Shown: positions 12,723-26,370, counted from the first letter of the stretch. The stretch is 64,000 nucleotides of DNA from Felis catus (GCF_018350175.1 NC_058368.1:209128001-209192000), one strand, 5' to 3'. Notes: generated by a model from the letters alone, not told the origin. A program made the numbers and translations.

Positions 12723-13340
12723 AATAGGCAACAAAATCTGCACAGGGTAGATATATACCTTTCAACCCTTAAAAGTTTATAAAACTAAAACCTCCCGTTC
12801 AAAAATGACACAAATAAGGAACTGAGTCATTTACTGACTCAGTTAAATAAATAAGCATTTATTTAAAGTGAGATTATACCAGATGGGTAGCATTAGACAT
12901 AACCTCTACCATTCTCCTCCCAAGAAGCATGTGGTCTGGGGAAGGGGAGGTGGCCAATCAGTCTAATTCAATATAAGAAATGCTATGGTAGACAGGGGGT
13001 ATGGGCAGGATAACTGAGGAAGAGAGAAGATGGATGCATAAATCAGACATAAGGGGGTCACAGTGATAATCTGAGCAAGAAGTTTCATTGTTTAGTCAAG
13101 TTTCCATTATCCAAGAGGAGGGTAATCATACTCAAATTCTAGGGCCATTCCAAATTCATGTTAGGATCATCTTGCAATCTACTTAACTAAATATGTGCAG
13201 TCTAACAGACTTTGGTCCCTGTCTCCCCTCATTCTGTAGCATCCTTGATGAATCAATCAATCGCAAGTTCTATTTCATCATAAACTTTTCTCCTGCTATA
13301 GCTCTTTCTCCTCAGCACATAAACAATTAAAGTACTTCCC

Positions 13341-13345
<5 letters not shown>

Positions 13346-13388
<43 letters not shown>
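13346..13388 (+). repeat. (AC)n microsatellite
   Basis: About 21 AC units. Confidence 0.95.
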
Positions 13389-13389
<1 letters not shown>

Positions 13390-13789
13390 CAATTTCCCCC
13401 ACATTTACTGCTGTATCATTATCTTTTTCTTTGCAATTAAGCTTCTTTATATGACAGTTTTCACTCAAATGTCTCTACTTCCTCTCTCCCTTCTACCTCT
13501 ATCACTCAGGCACGTGTTCTTTTATTCCTAATGCCTAGCACAGTTCTTGGCACTTAAGAGACTATCTGTAAATATCTCATGAATAAACAAACACGTCACT
13601 ATAAATGCCCCTGGACACTTTTCAGAACTTAACCTGCATAACTGACCTTTCAACAACATAACTACTTAACTATTTCTTCCATCTTGAAATTGTTCTCTCC
13701 TGGGAGGAAGCAGCCTAGACAAGAAGCCAGAAAAGCTAGGGTTTTTATTTATATGTTTATATAAGGTCTAACAGTTTTTAACATTATAT

Positions 13790-14448
13790 TTTATTTTTAA
13801 ATAAGTTATACATCTAACATGGCAGTCTTGAACTCATAATCCCAAGACCAAGAGTTGCATGCTCTACTGACTGAGCAAGCCAGGTGCCCCAAGAAAAGCT
13901 GGGCTTTTTAATCTAGCCCTGCCACTCCTTAACCTTGTCATAACTCCAGGATAGTTATGACTCTATTTCCTCATTTGTGAACTGAGGATAACAGCACTTG
14001 CCCTTTAGGTTACTGGTAAGTGGTTTAAGCCTTATAATGCAGTGTTGAGCACAAAGTAGGTACTCAATAAATGACAGCCACTGTTTATCCTTAGACTTAC
14101 CTCCTACCTCTCTGGTCATATCAACTTAATCTATTTCCAGGTTTCTCTTTCTCCTTACCAGGCTAATTCCTACTCATCCTTTAAGACTCAATTCAGATGT
14201 GACCTGCTACTGGAAGCATTTCTCAACAGTTCAAACTCTGGGTTAAATGGCCCTTCTAATGCACTCTCATGTCTCAGATAAGGAGACAACCTCTCCCTAT
14301 CTCTATCACAGAATTTATCAAAATCCGTTATAATTTTTTTTAAACTTTTTCTTTTAAGTAGGCTCCACGTCCAACATGGGGCTTGAACTCATGACCTTGG
14401 GATCAAAAGTTGGATGCTCTACCACCTGAGCCAGTTGGTAGCCACCCC
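13790..14448 (-). mobile_element. Two short older CanSINEs (~13790-13890, ~14340-14448) among MIR/L2 debris
   Basis: Reverse-complement heads (...ctgagcaagccaggtgcccc); MIR-like core around 13900-14080. Confidence 0.7.
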
Positions 14449-14776
14449 CAAAATCCACTGCAATTTTTTACCTGTTTCCATCCCACCCACTCCCTAACCA
14501 AATTGCAAAATGGACACTTCTCAAAGATTGTGTATATCTATTATCATCTCTGGATCCCCAAACCACAAAACAGATGGTGGATGGCAGACACACACAAAAG
14601 TGTCTGGAATTAATTAATAGCCTAATATCTACCTTGTAGATCACACTAGATTGTAATTTTTACTTTACCTTTAAACATTGATGTTTGTGTCCATAAAGAA
14701 GAGCAGATGCTATCCACCAGATCAGCCAAGTAAGCGACAGTCAGGGATAACTGAGGTTTTCAAAAAGTAAAAACTG

Positions 14777-15160
14777 AGGTGCCAGGGTGGCTCAGTCGGT
14801 TAAGCATCTGACTCTTGGTTCTGGCTCAAGTCATGATCTCACAGTTCATGAGTTTGCGTCCCACACTGGGCTCTGCACTAACAGCACAGAACCTAGTTGA
14901 GATTCTCTCTCTCCCCTCTCTCTCTGCCCCCTCCCCAATTCTCTCTCTCTCTCAAAATAAATAAACTTAAAAACAAAAAACCGTTCACAACCAAATGATT
15001 ATATCCCAGACTAAAAAACAGATGTAAAGCTACAAGTTTAGGGGTGCCTGGCTGGCTCAGTGGGTAGAACATGCGACCCTTGATCTCTGGGTCACGAATT
15101 CCAGTGGGGAATATACAGTGTTGGGTGTAGAGATTACTTAAAAAAAATTTTTTTAAATAA
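14777..15160 (+). mobile_element. Two CanSINEs (~14777-14980, ~15040-15160)
   Basis: SINE heads; the second is the short type ending gtagagattactta. Confidence 0.85.
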
Positions 15161-16597
15161 AGTTGCAGGTATAGAGAAATAAAGGCAATTTTGTTTTAGA
15201 CTGCCTGCATCTGAGAGATTACTATAATCTATTACCACCACAGTGCATTTAAGAAGGAGATTAGGAAACCACAGGCACTGAACAAGAACCCTAACCTCAC
15301 AGTAAGTGCTGGAGAGTTTACAGTTTATTTCAAGACAAGATGTTACAGTATGCTTTACTATGCTTTGGAAAGTGCTGCACATACCTTGATTTCAGAGATA
15401 CCAATATTCCAACACAAATTCCAAAATAATTTGAAAGTCAAACGAATGAATTCTGGACTACCCCTGTATTAAATTGTAAGCCACTGCTCCCTTTGCAGTG
15501 ACAATATTTGTAAGCAATAAAAACTCATGTATAAGTACTAAGTAAGTACTCTTGCAGAAAACAGGAGAATAGTTCAAATGCTTCCCTTCAAGAAGATTCT
15601 GTTATAGTCAGTGTCTCATTTCATAACTAATTACTTTTTCATCACTCAGGAAACAGAAACACTGTCACCAAAAAGAGGGATGAAAATTATTTCACTAAAT
15701 TCAATGCACAATATGCCTATATATAGACAATTTCTGACATGTCAAGTAAAAACTTACAAGAAGACAGAACAATTTAATATTTACATCAGCAGTGAATTAA
15801 ATGTTTAAATAAATGTTGTTTACATTTAAAATCAAAGTTTTACTGGAAATCATGTAGGGCATAACTCATAAAAGGCTCATATAACTGGCACAACTAAATC
15901 ATCTAAAATAGTAGCAATCCATCTTTTTAGTAGCATATCACTTGATGGTGACTGTTCTTTTTCCAAAACTTCTACTAATGGCTTTTTGAAATATGGCTTA
16001 GTGTGAAATTTGCTCTAACAGTAAAATATTTTCATGATTTTCATGCCAGGGCACACCATAAGCTACGAGACTTCAATGAAGTCATTTATAATAAGAATTC
16101 ATAACAAGAGCTAGGCTTAATGGAAGAGGGGAAAAGATACCAGCTTTTGTTTTGGTTTAGTTTTAAATGCCAACCAAAGGATTATTTCCCAGGCTCTTTA
16201 GTTTGCCCTCAATAACAACGATAGCAAATATATCTGGAATAACATGAGCAACTCCATCTGACACACATCCTTAAAGTGTTTTCAAAAGACTTGCAAAACA
16301 AAAATAACCTTTCCAGGCTAAAGATGTCATAAGTTTAAGAAGCTGTATATGTATGGTACTATAAGCCATAATCAAAAGTCTACCCAGTAATAACGATCTG
16401 CCACAAAGTGACTATGAATTATGGAGAGAAACTGGGGAGTGCTAACCAGGAAATTGAAAAGGAGTGCTAAGTTCTCCCAGAAAGTATTTTGTAAATAGTT
16501 GCCAGTGTGGTATCACAGAAAACCAAAATTAGAGTCTATTCTAGTATAACTCTGGAGATCCAATAGAGTGACTTAACAATAGTTACTCATCATCACA

Positions 16598-16930
16598 CAT
16601 TCACTCAACAAACATTTATTGAGTAGTTAATTACATACCATATACCAGGGACTACAGTTAAAGATTTAAAAATAACAATAATAAAAATAACAAAGACTCG
16701 GCTCACAAGGGCTGTCGATCCAATAAAGCAAAACTAACTGGCAGGTAAACAAATGGGAAACACTAAAATGTTTCAGATGCTATGACAGAACACACAGGGT
16801 TCAGTGTTCAATTCCACTCTGCCTGGGAAATAAGAGGATGATTAGAAAAGACTTCATAGAAGAGATGCTTGAGATGCCTTTGGAAAAATAAATAGAGGTT
16901 CCTCAGGTGAATGTGGAGGGCATCTAGAAG
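16598..16930 (-). mobile_element. L2 3' fragment
   Basis: cattcactcaacaaacatttattgag is the reverse complement of the L2 3' end. Confidence 0.65.
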
Positions 16931-17204
16931 AGCATAAGACAAATCCCCACAGTTACTGAACTGCAAATAATTTTGCCTGGACAGAGTTTACATTGCTGGG
17001 CAGGAAAGGAGGGAAGGCTGTGTGTGTTGTGTGTATATACAATTTTTGTGTGCAAAAAATTTTTTTTCTTACCCAGAGAGTTAGAAGCCAGATTGTATAC
17101 AATGCCAACAATCTGAAATTTAAGCTCTGAGCCTTGTAATTTGATAAGATTTGAGTTTTCAAAAAATCACCATGTTATTCTGTTCTGTTCATCAAAAGAA
17201 TCAA

Positions 17205-19015
17205 GGGGCACCTGGATGACTCAGTCGGTTGAGTGCCCAACTCTTGATTTCAGGTTGTGATCTCATGGTTCATGAGATCGAGCCCCACATCGGGCTCTAC
17301 CCTGGCAGTGCAGGGCCTGCTTGGGATTCTCTCTCCCCCTCTCTCTCTTTCTCTGCCCCTCCTCCACTCACATGAGCTCTCTCTCTCAAAATAAATAAAT
17401 AAACATTAAAAAAAAATTTTTTTAAAGACAGAGTCAACACAGTGAAAAGGCAACCACTAGAATGGGAGAAGATGTCTGCAAATCATATATAAGGGGTTAA
17501 CATCCAAAAAAAACGAAACTCCTACAATTCAACAACAAAAAAACAAACAACTCAATTCAAAAATTGGCACAGGGCCTAAATAGATATTCCTCCAAAGAAG
17601 AAATACAGATGACCAACAAGTACATGAAAAGATACTTTACTAATCATCAGAGAAATGAGAATCAAAACCACACTGAAATACCAGTAACAGGATGGGTATT
17701 ATTTTAAAAATAAGTAAATAAGAAATGTTGACAAGGATGCACAAAAAAATGGAACCTTTCTGCATCGCTGAACAGAAATGCTACATCTTCTATGGAAAAC
17801 AGTATGGTAGTTCCTCAAAAAATTTAAAATAGAATTACTTTATGATTCAGCAATTCCCCTTTAAGTATATACACAAAAGAACTGAAAGCAGGGTCTCCAA
17901 AGATGTTCACAGCAGCATGTTCACAACAGTCAAAAGACAGGAACAACCCAAGTGTCCACTGATAGATGAATGAATGAACAAAATGTGGTATATACATACA
18001 ATGGAATATTATTCTTTAAAAAAGGAAGGAAATTCTGACACACACTACAACATGGATGAACTTGGAGGAAATAATGCTGAGTGAAATAAGCCATAAAAAG
18101 AAAAATATTGCATGATTTCACTTATATGAGGTATCTAGACCAGTCAAATTCATAGAAAGTAACATAGTGGTTACCAGAATTGGGAGAAAGGGGAAAATGG
18201 GGAATTATTGTTTAATGGGTATAGTTTCTGCTTTGCAAGATGAAAAAGTTCTAGAGACTGAGTATACAACAATGTAACACTACTGAACTGAAAATTTTTA
18301 AATGGTTAATACTGGGAGCACCTGGGTGGCTCAGCTGGTTGCACATCCAACTCTTGATTTCGGCTCAGGTCATGGTCTCATGGTTTGTGAGTTGAGGCCC
18401 CATGTTGGGCTCTGCGCTGACAGCACGGAGCCTGCTTGGGATTCTCTGCTCCCTCTCTCTCTGCCCTTGCCCCACTTGCGTTCTCCCTCTCTCTCTCAAA
18501 AATAAATAAATAAGCATTTTTTAAAGATTTAAAAAAATGAAATGGCTAAGATTGGGAGATGGGTAAGGGGAATGGATGAAATAGGTGATGGGGATTAAAG
18601 AGTACATTTATTATGGTGAGCACTGAGTAATGTATAGAATTGTTGAGCCACTATATTGTACACCTGAAACTAATAAAAATATTGTAAGTTAACTATACTG
18701 AAATTAAAATTTAAAACTTAAAATTTTAAATTTTTAGGGGCATCTGGGTGGTTCCATCATTTATGATCTTCAGCTCAGGTCATGATCTCACAGTTCATGA
18801 GTTCGAGCCCCACATCGGGCTCTGTGCTGACAGCTCAGAGACTGCAGCCTGTTTAAGATTCTGTGTCTCCCTCTCTCTGCCCCTCTCCCACTTGCACTGT
18901 CTCTCTCTCTCTCTCAAAAATAAACATTAAAAAAATATTTTAAATAAATGACTAAAAATAAAAATGGTTGAGATTGTATATTTTGTTATATGTATTTTCC
19001 CAAAACTAAAAAAAA
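17205..19015 (+). mobile_element. L1MB-type 3' fragment (~17430-19010) with CanSINEs (17205, 18314, 18737) and a carnivore L1 3' end (~18555-18730)
   Basis: L1 motifs caacccaagtgtccactgatagatgaatg and tatacatacaatggaatattatt; the nested inserts share an aaatggttaagat-like target. Confidence 0.85.
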
Positions 19016-19409
19016 AAATTGTTCATAGATATAACCCCCATAAGCAAACAAAAAGATTAAACGATGCATAATATTAAGCTTGAATACTTCTTAATGTTCT
19101 AATAAACATTAGGTAAGCTTCAAAATAAATAATTTATCAAATGTTTAAAATCTTCCTCTAAAAATGTAAAGTTATATGTCTAAAATATTGCAGGAAGGAA
19201 AGACAATTTCCTATCGAATTCTCACAGCTGGTTCCAATCCTTCAGTGAATAGTGTTCCCAAACCACCTCTAAATTACCCTCAAATAGTTTATGCCTTATT
19301 GCAAGCTGCAACTTTGAAGAACATTTCCAAGAAACACGACTTAAAAGTACATTGTTAAATAACTTTTTATACCTATGTGAGGGCTGAGAAACTCAAAAAG
19401 GATAGGTCA

Positions 19410-19605
19410 TTTTTTTTAAGATTTATTTATTTTTGAGAGAAAGCACAAACAAACAGGAAGGAGCAGAGAGAGCAGGGACAGAGGATCCAGAGAAGGCTCT
19501 GCACAGACAGCAGTGACCCTGACGCGGGGCTCAAACTCACAAACCATGAGATCATGACCTAAGCTGATGTCTGATGTTCAACTGACTGAGCCACCCAGGT
19601 GCCCC
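19410..19605 (-). mobile_element. CanSINE
   Basis: Reverse-complement SINE flanked by ataggtcatt copies. Confidence 0.88.
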
Positions 19606-20228
19606 AAACAAAGAATAGGTCATTCTTATATTTTATCAGAAATTATATTATTTTTTAAAACTCCATGACATTCTCAACAAACACAAAGATGACAATTTTA
19701 TATGTTTATCATACAACAATGGCAGGTAATAAGCCAAAAAGATTTATACCAGAAGACACATTTATTTTCAAAAGCTACCATGAACATATGCCTTATCATT
19801 CCCTGACAGCCTAAAATTTTATGAGTATTTCCACACTTACTCTTATTGCTATTTCTGAAGACTTGAATCTAGACAGGACTCTGCACCTAACTCTACTTGT
19901 AATCCTCACTAAGCCACTCAATTGTATAGAAATTTAGCTTTTCCACTTATAAAAGTGATAGAGTCAGACTAGGTAATTCATATCATTCTATAATGACATG
20001 GTTTACCTTGAACTATTCACATCTTAAATTAAGAACACTCCCCTATGTCACTGAAAAGTGCTTCCCTGACTTCTAGCTTCTTCACTTCTCTCCACTTGCT
20101 CACTACACCATGGAATTACTCTTCCTAGGATGTTTTTCATGGAAAAACAATAGCTCTCCATTGGCGTTAGTAGTAATCAATAACTTTTCACATCATTCAC
20201 ACATTTTTGTTTTAGAAATTTTCTGCAA

Positions 20229-20391
20229 AGCATAAGAGACTCTTAAAAACTGAGAACAAACTGAGGGTTGATGGGGGGTGGGAGGGAGGGGAGGGTGGGT
20301 GATGGGTATTGAGGAGGGCACCTTTTGGGATGAGCACTGGGTGTTGTATGGAAACCAATTTGACAATAAACTTCATATATTGAAAAAAAAA
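20229..20391 (+). mobile_element. Young felid L1 3' end, heavily 5'-truncated (163 bp)
   Basis: G-rich L1 3' UTR, AATAAA, A tail; perfect 15-bp TSD agaaattttctgcaa at 20214-20228 / 20392-20406. Confidence 0.93.
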
Positions 20392-20464
20392 AGAAATTTT
20401 CTGCAACATTTGATTAAACTCTTGATCCAAGTTAAGTTTAAAAAAAAATTAATGTTCTTAACAA

Positions 20465-20750
20465 GTTTCTGGTCAAAGGATACAGACTTTCAGTTATGAG
20501 TAAGTTCTGTACAGCATGGTAACTATAGTTAATAATACTGTGTTGTACACTTGAAATTTCCTAAGAGAATAGATATTAAGTGTTCTTAATAAAAAATAAA
20601 GTAGCTACATGAGGTGATAAATGTGTTAGTTAACTTCTTGACTATGGTAATCATTTCACAATTTATACATATATCAAACCATCACATTGTACTCCTTAAA
20701 TATAAACAATTTTTGTCAATTACACCTCAATAAAGTTGGAAAATAAATAT
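20465..20750 (+). mobile_element. L1MA8-10-type 3' end
   Basis: ggtcaaaggatacagactttcagtt...gtaactatagttaataatactg...caattacacctcaataaag. Confidence 0.75.
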
Positions 20751-22001
20751 CATTGGGGGAAAAAAAGACTGAGGTGCCTGGCTAGCTCAGTCAGTAAAGC
20801 ATGTAATTCTTGATCTCGGGGTCAGTCATGAGTTCAAGCCTCCCATTGGACATAGAGATTAAAGAAAAAAAAAAATCCCTATATAATTAAAAAGCAGAGA
20901 GTTTCTTGTGAGATACTAATCTCTAAAGGGCCTAGCAATATTGTTATCGTTTGCAGTGGTACTTTTTTATTTATTACTTATTAACATACATATTCAGAGC
21001 CCACCCTTACCCACAGCATTAACCACTCGGGGCAGGAATGGAGGGACAAAGGAGTTGGGCTCGTGGGGCAGGGGGGAGCGTGGTTTGTGGGAGAGTGGTA
21101 TAAGAGAATTAAGAAGGAACAACCTGACTTTCTTAGAACACCTAATGAAACTCCTCCCTCCCACTCCTTCACCCCCACCCGAAAAAGGCTTTATTTTACA
21201 ACTATAAACAAAGGAGAATTTCACTTGTTCAGACTGAGTCTCTGGGTTTTACCATTTGTCTTATTCCTAAAAACAGGCCCACCTCCACCATGTCAGTGGC
21301 AAAAATGTACACACCATTCTCAAACCTTCACAACTTGAATTAATTATCCACTCAAAGCCTCAAGTCCTTAGCCTCCTGTCTACGAAGAATTCGTGTTTAC
21401 CAGAATGATTCATTTGAGAAACAAAGCACAGAGTTGCTGTGATGACCAAATGAGTTAATGTGACAAAGTACTTTATAATTATAACCCAATATAAGAAATT
21501 ATTATGAGCCTACGGCTACAAAGGTTTTTTTTTTAAAGTACACATTTCAGAAACTGCTGGAGACCAGGTACAAAATGCCGTGAGATAAAAAAGTTAAAAA
21601 AAAAAAAAAAAATTTCATCAAGTTGCAGAATCTCAGATATGTAGGGCACAAATTACTTCAACACAGGTTATGTACTGTACTATTTTGAGTCATGGTTAAT
21701 ATTTCATATCTGTTTTTTAATAAAAATTGAGTTATTGCTTGGACAATCTTTCTCTATTTGGTTAAAGATGCACAGACTTTACTAACTTTAAATACAAAAA
21801 GGTGCCACGGTCTCAATCCAATTGGGTAAGAATTTACTTATTTCGGAAAACAAAAGAAGCCTGAGCCATAATAAATTTTTATGAAGCTTACCTGATACTG
21901 AGATATCTTTATCCTTTTCCTTTACAGGTCTTTTAAAAATCTTACACTGCAGAATAGATACCATATCTGATCATATCTGATTTAATATAACTTTCCATAT
22001 G

Positions 22002-22122
22002 GGTGCCTGGGTGGCTCAGTGGGTTAAGGATCTGACTCTTGATTTCAGCTCGGGTCATGATCACAGTTTGTGACTTCAAGCCCCATGTCGAGCTCTGTGC
22101 TAACAGTGGAACTTGCTGAGAT

Positions 22123-22153
<31 letters not shown>

Positions 22154-23405
22154 GTCCCTCCCCCACTCACCCTCTCTCTCTCAAATTAAATAAACATTTA
22201 ACTTTCCATACATGCAAAAGCATGTATATGCTTCAACAGGGACAGTGAAAATTAGAAACACCTTAAAAGCCAATCTATGTTCTCTTGGAACAATTCTACA
22301 ATTCCAGCTCTAGCAGTTAATTATACATCCAATTCATCCCATCTAATACAGAACTTCATACCTGCCATAATGTCTAAAACCACCAACAACCAAGTATTTA
22401 AAATTTTTTTTAAGTTTATTTATTTATTGAGAAAGAGAGGGGTAGTACAACGGAGGAGAGAGAGAGCAAGCGAGCGCAGGGGAGGGGCAGTGAGGGAGCA
22501 AGAGAATCCCAAGCAGGCTCCAAGCTGTTAGTGTGGCGCCCAACACGGTGCCCAGCACGGGGCTTGATCTCACAAACCCTGAGATCATGACCTGAGCTCA
22601 AATCAACAGTCGGTGCTTAACCAACTGAGCCATCCAGGTGCCCCACAGCCAAGTATTTTAAATCGCCTTTGGGCATTTCTTGCTAAAGAACAAAAGCAGA
22701 TTGTTTACTTGCCAGGTCCCCATTAGTCTTTAAGATCCTTGAGGACAGGCACTATGTCTTACTTGATTTGTGTCTACAATACTTAACAGCATACAAATAC
22801 AAAATATATCTTCTTAGGGTGCCTGGGTGGCTCAGTCGGTTAACCGTTCAACTCTTGATTTTGGCTCAGGTCATTATCGCACAGTTCGAGTGTTTGAGCC
22901 CCACATCAGGCTCTGCGCTGACAGCATAGCGCCTACGTGGGATTCTGTCTCCCCCTCCCTTTGCCCCCCCCACCTCAAAAATAAACACACATTTAAATAT
23001 ATATATTCTTAACTAAAAATAATAAAGATTACCTACTAATGACAGCTTGTTTTTAAAAGAAAATAAATAAAGGGGCACCTGGGTATCTCAGGTTCAGCTG
23101 AGCATCTGACTCTTGATATCAGCTCAGGTCATGATCCCAGGGTTGTGGGAGTCTCTCTCCTTCCCCTCTCCCCTGCTCTCTCTCCCTCTCTTAAAAAAAA
23201 AAAAAAAAAAAAAAGACTCCTTGGGCTTTTGGATAGCATATAAAAAAATAAATAAAACAAAAGAAAATAAGTATGAAATCTGTGAGAAAAAAATAATACA
23301 CAATCATGTTTGTACTTATCATAATGTGTTTATATATTCTTCTGTTTTTTTTAGTATTTCTTCAATGTTTATTTTTGAGACAGAGAGGGTGCAAGTTGGG
23401 GAGGA

Positions 23406-23456
<51 letters not shown>

Positions 23457-23942
23457 CAAAGCCAGAGGATCCAAAGCAGGCACCATGCTGTCAGCACAAA
23501 ACCCAACTTGGGGCTCGAACTCACAAACTGTGAGATCATGACCCAGGCATCTATAAATATATATTTATATTTATATTTATATTTATATTTATATTTATAT
23601 TTATATTTATATTTATATTTATATTTATATTTATATTTATATTTATATTTATATTTATCTTTCTAAAACATAGACATACTAGGGCACCTGGCTGGCTCAG
23701 TCGATAGAGCATGAGACTCTCGATCTTGGGATTATAGGTTCAAACCCCACATTAGGTGTAGAGATTACTTAAACAAATAAAATCTTTAGGGGCACCTGGG
23801 TGGCTTAATCTGTTAGGCATCCAACTCCTGATCTCAGCTCAGATCTTGATCTCACGATTGTGAGTTCAAGCCCCAAGCTGGGCTCCACACTGGGTGTGAA
23901 GCCTACTTTAAAAACAAAACAAAACAACTTTAGATAAATAAA
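22002..23942. mobile_element. CanSINE cluster: + at 22002, 22817, 23071, 23681, 23788; - at 22405-22644 and 23350-23550
   Basis: SINE heads and tails; TSDs taactttccata (21988-21999 / 22199-22210) and taaaacataga (23664-23674 / 23943-23953). Confidence 0.88.
23561..23658 (+). repeat. (ATATTT)n hexanucleotide microsatellite
   Basis: About 16 uninterrupted units. Confidence 0.95.
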
Positions 23943-24219
23943 TAAAACATAGAAACATATTTATTAACTATTTATATTTCATGTCTACTCTTTAAATTTT
24001 TCTGTGTACTTTCAAGATAAAATATTTGAAGCCACAGGCAGACTTCATAAAAGCTGTACCTAGTAAATACTTAGATTCCCAAAATAAGGAAGATACAGGT
24101 ACCATATTCATGAGCTCAGAAACTATGAAAGGTGCATACTTGTAAACAAATAATTATATCACAATTATGATCATTTTATCATGGTTGTGACAATAACAGA
24201 AGAATGCTCTATATAAATC

Positions 24220-25410
24220 ACACCCAAAAATGAGCCCAAAATGTATCAAAGACCTAAAGGTAAGAAATAAAACCATAAATCTCTTTAAGAAAAGGGAGTA
24301 AAACTTTGTTGACCCTGAGTTAGTCTTCTTAGATATGACACCAAAAGTACAGGCAACAATAGAAAAAATAAATTGGATTTCACCGAAATTTAAAGTTATT
24401 GTACTTCAAAGTACACCATCAGAAAGGTTGACAGTACAACCCACATAATGAGAGAAAATATCTGAAAATCATATATCTGATAAGGAATTTATATCCAGAA
24501 TATATAAAGAACCCTTATAATTCAACAGTAGACAAATTAAGCTAATGGAAAGAGGAAAAAGATGTGAAGAGACATTCCTCCAAAGAAGATATACAAATGG
24601 CCAACAAGCACATGAAACAATGCTCAACATCACTGTTCTTTAGAGTAATACAAATTAAAACCACAGTGAGATACCCCTTCACACTCACTAGGACAGTTAT
24701 AATCAAAAAGACAAACAATAACATGCATTGGTGAGGATGTGGAAAACTGAATCCTCAGAGACTACTGGCGGGATTTAAAATGATGTAGCCACTTTGAAAA
24801 ACAGTTCCTCAAAATATTAAACACAGAGTTATCATACAACCTAGTAATGTCCAGTCCTAGATATAAACCACCCCCCCAAAACAAAAATATACATCCATAC
24901 AAAAACTTCTGCACAAATGTTCATAGCAGCATTATTCACGACAGCCAAAAACTATAAACACTATAAATACCCCTATCTCCATCAATTAATGAATGCATTT
25001 TTTAAAATGTGATATATGCTACAATGGAATACTGTGTAAAAAGGAATGAAGTACTGATATATGATACAACTGAAAGGAACCTAGAAAACATTATGCTATG
25101 TGAAAGAAATCAATCACAAGACCACTTATTGTATTATTGCAATGATATGAAATGTGCAGAACAAACAAATCCATAGTTAGAAAGTAGATTAGTGAATGCC
25201 AGGAACTGGGGGTAGGGTAGTGAAAAGAGAAAAGGAGATGAAAATTAAAGAATGCAAGGTTTCTTTGGGGGAGCATGAAAATGTCATAAAATTAGGTGGT
25301 AATAATAATTGCACTCCTCTGTGATTATACTAAAACTCACTGAACTGTATACCTGAAAATTGTGAATTTTAGTGCATATGAATTATATCTCAATAAAGCT
25401 GTTATAAAAA
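24220..25410 (+). mobile_element. Old L1M (L1MB-type) ORF2 end and 3' UTR
   Basis: ctccaaagaagatatacaaatggccaacaagcacatgaaa...atgttcatagcagcattattca...gaattatatctcaataaagctg. Confidence 0.85.
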
Positions 25411-25419
25411 TATACAATA

Positions 25420-25760
25420 GGCAGGACACCTGGACGGCTCAGTCAGTGGAGCATCCAACTCTTGATTTTGGCTCAGGTCATGATCACAGGGAAGTAAAAT
25501 TGAGCCCCACATCAAGGTGTGTGCAGAACCTGCTTAAGATTCTGTCTCTCTCTTTCCTTCCACCCCTTTTCCCCAGATTGTACGCACTCTAAATTTTTTT
25601 TTAAAAAATCTATTCCTTTGTTAAAGAAAAAGAATATAAAATAGAGCACCTGCTGCTCAGTCAGTAGAGCACACAACTCTCAATCTCAGGGTCCTGAGTT
25701 CAAGCCCCATGTTGGGCCTGGAACCTACTGTATTAAAAAAAAAAAAAAGAATATAAAATA
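25420..25760 (+). mobile_element. Two CanSINEs
   Basis: Heads at ~25420 and ~25643; aaaagaatataaaata is duplicated around the second. Confidence 0.8.
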
Positions 25761-26149
25761 ATAGAGGAATATAACTAATACAGGGGTAGCATAAAGAAGG
25801 AGGTATTAAACTCTATTTTTGTGGGTCAATGAAGGTTTTTACAAAGAGAAAATGCTCTCCTTTTACAAAGAGAAAAACTAGATCCATAAAACTAAAAAGG
25901 TTCTTTCCTGATGAAGGAGACAGGTCTGCTACAATGTACCTACAAGGGTCAATGCTTACACAGACTGGCAAGTGAATGGAGAGGTACTAAGTGCTGGTCA
26001 GCATCCAGAGAGAAGGAAAAGCATACTGGAATGCATGAAACAGTTAATCACATTCAAAGACTTCATACTTTACATGGATGGGGCATGAAGTAAGTGTAAG
26101 ACGGAGGCAAGAGCTGAGTCTTGAGAAGCAGGATAGGTTACAACCAGAG

Positions 26150-26370
26150 GTAGAGGAGAGTGTAATGGTTAAGTACATGGACTGTGGAGTAGATTCCCTA
26201 GATTCAAAAGCTGGCTCCAACGTTTACTACTGGGTGGCCTTGCGGAAGTGACTTAGCATCTGAGTGTCAGTTTCCTTATCTGTCAACAGAGGATAACAGT
26301 ACGAGGAGGATTAAATGAGTTATTTCACCTTCAGTGCTTAGGACATTGATGCACAAAAGAAGCATCCACT
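26150..26370 (+). mobile_element. MIR
   Basis: Core aagtgacttagcatctgagtgtcagtttccttatctgtcaa...gaggattaaatgag. Confidence 0.75.

Noticed and set aside
15385..15463. Possible 79-nt poison exon on minus (donor AAG|gtatgt, immediate in-frame TAG)
   Set aside because: The acceptor caatttaatacag has no polypyrimidine tract, and chance donors are common in a 34-kb intron.
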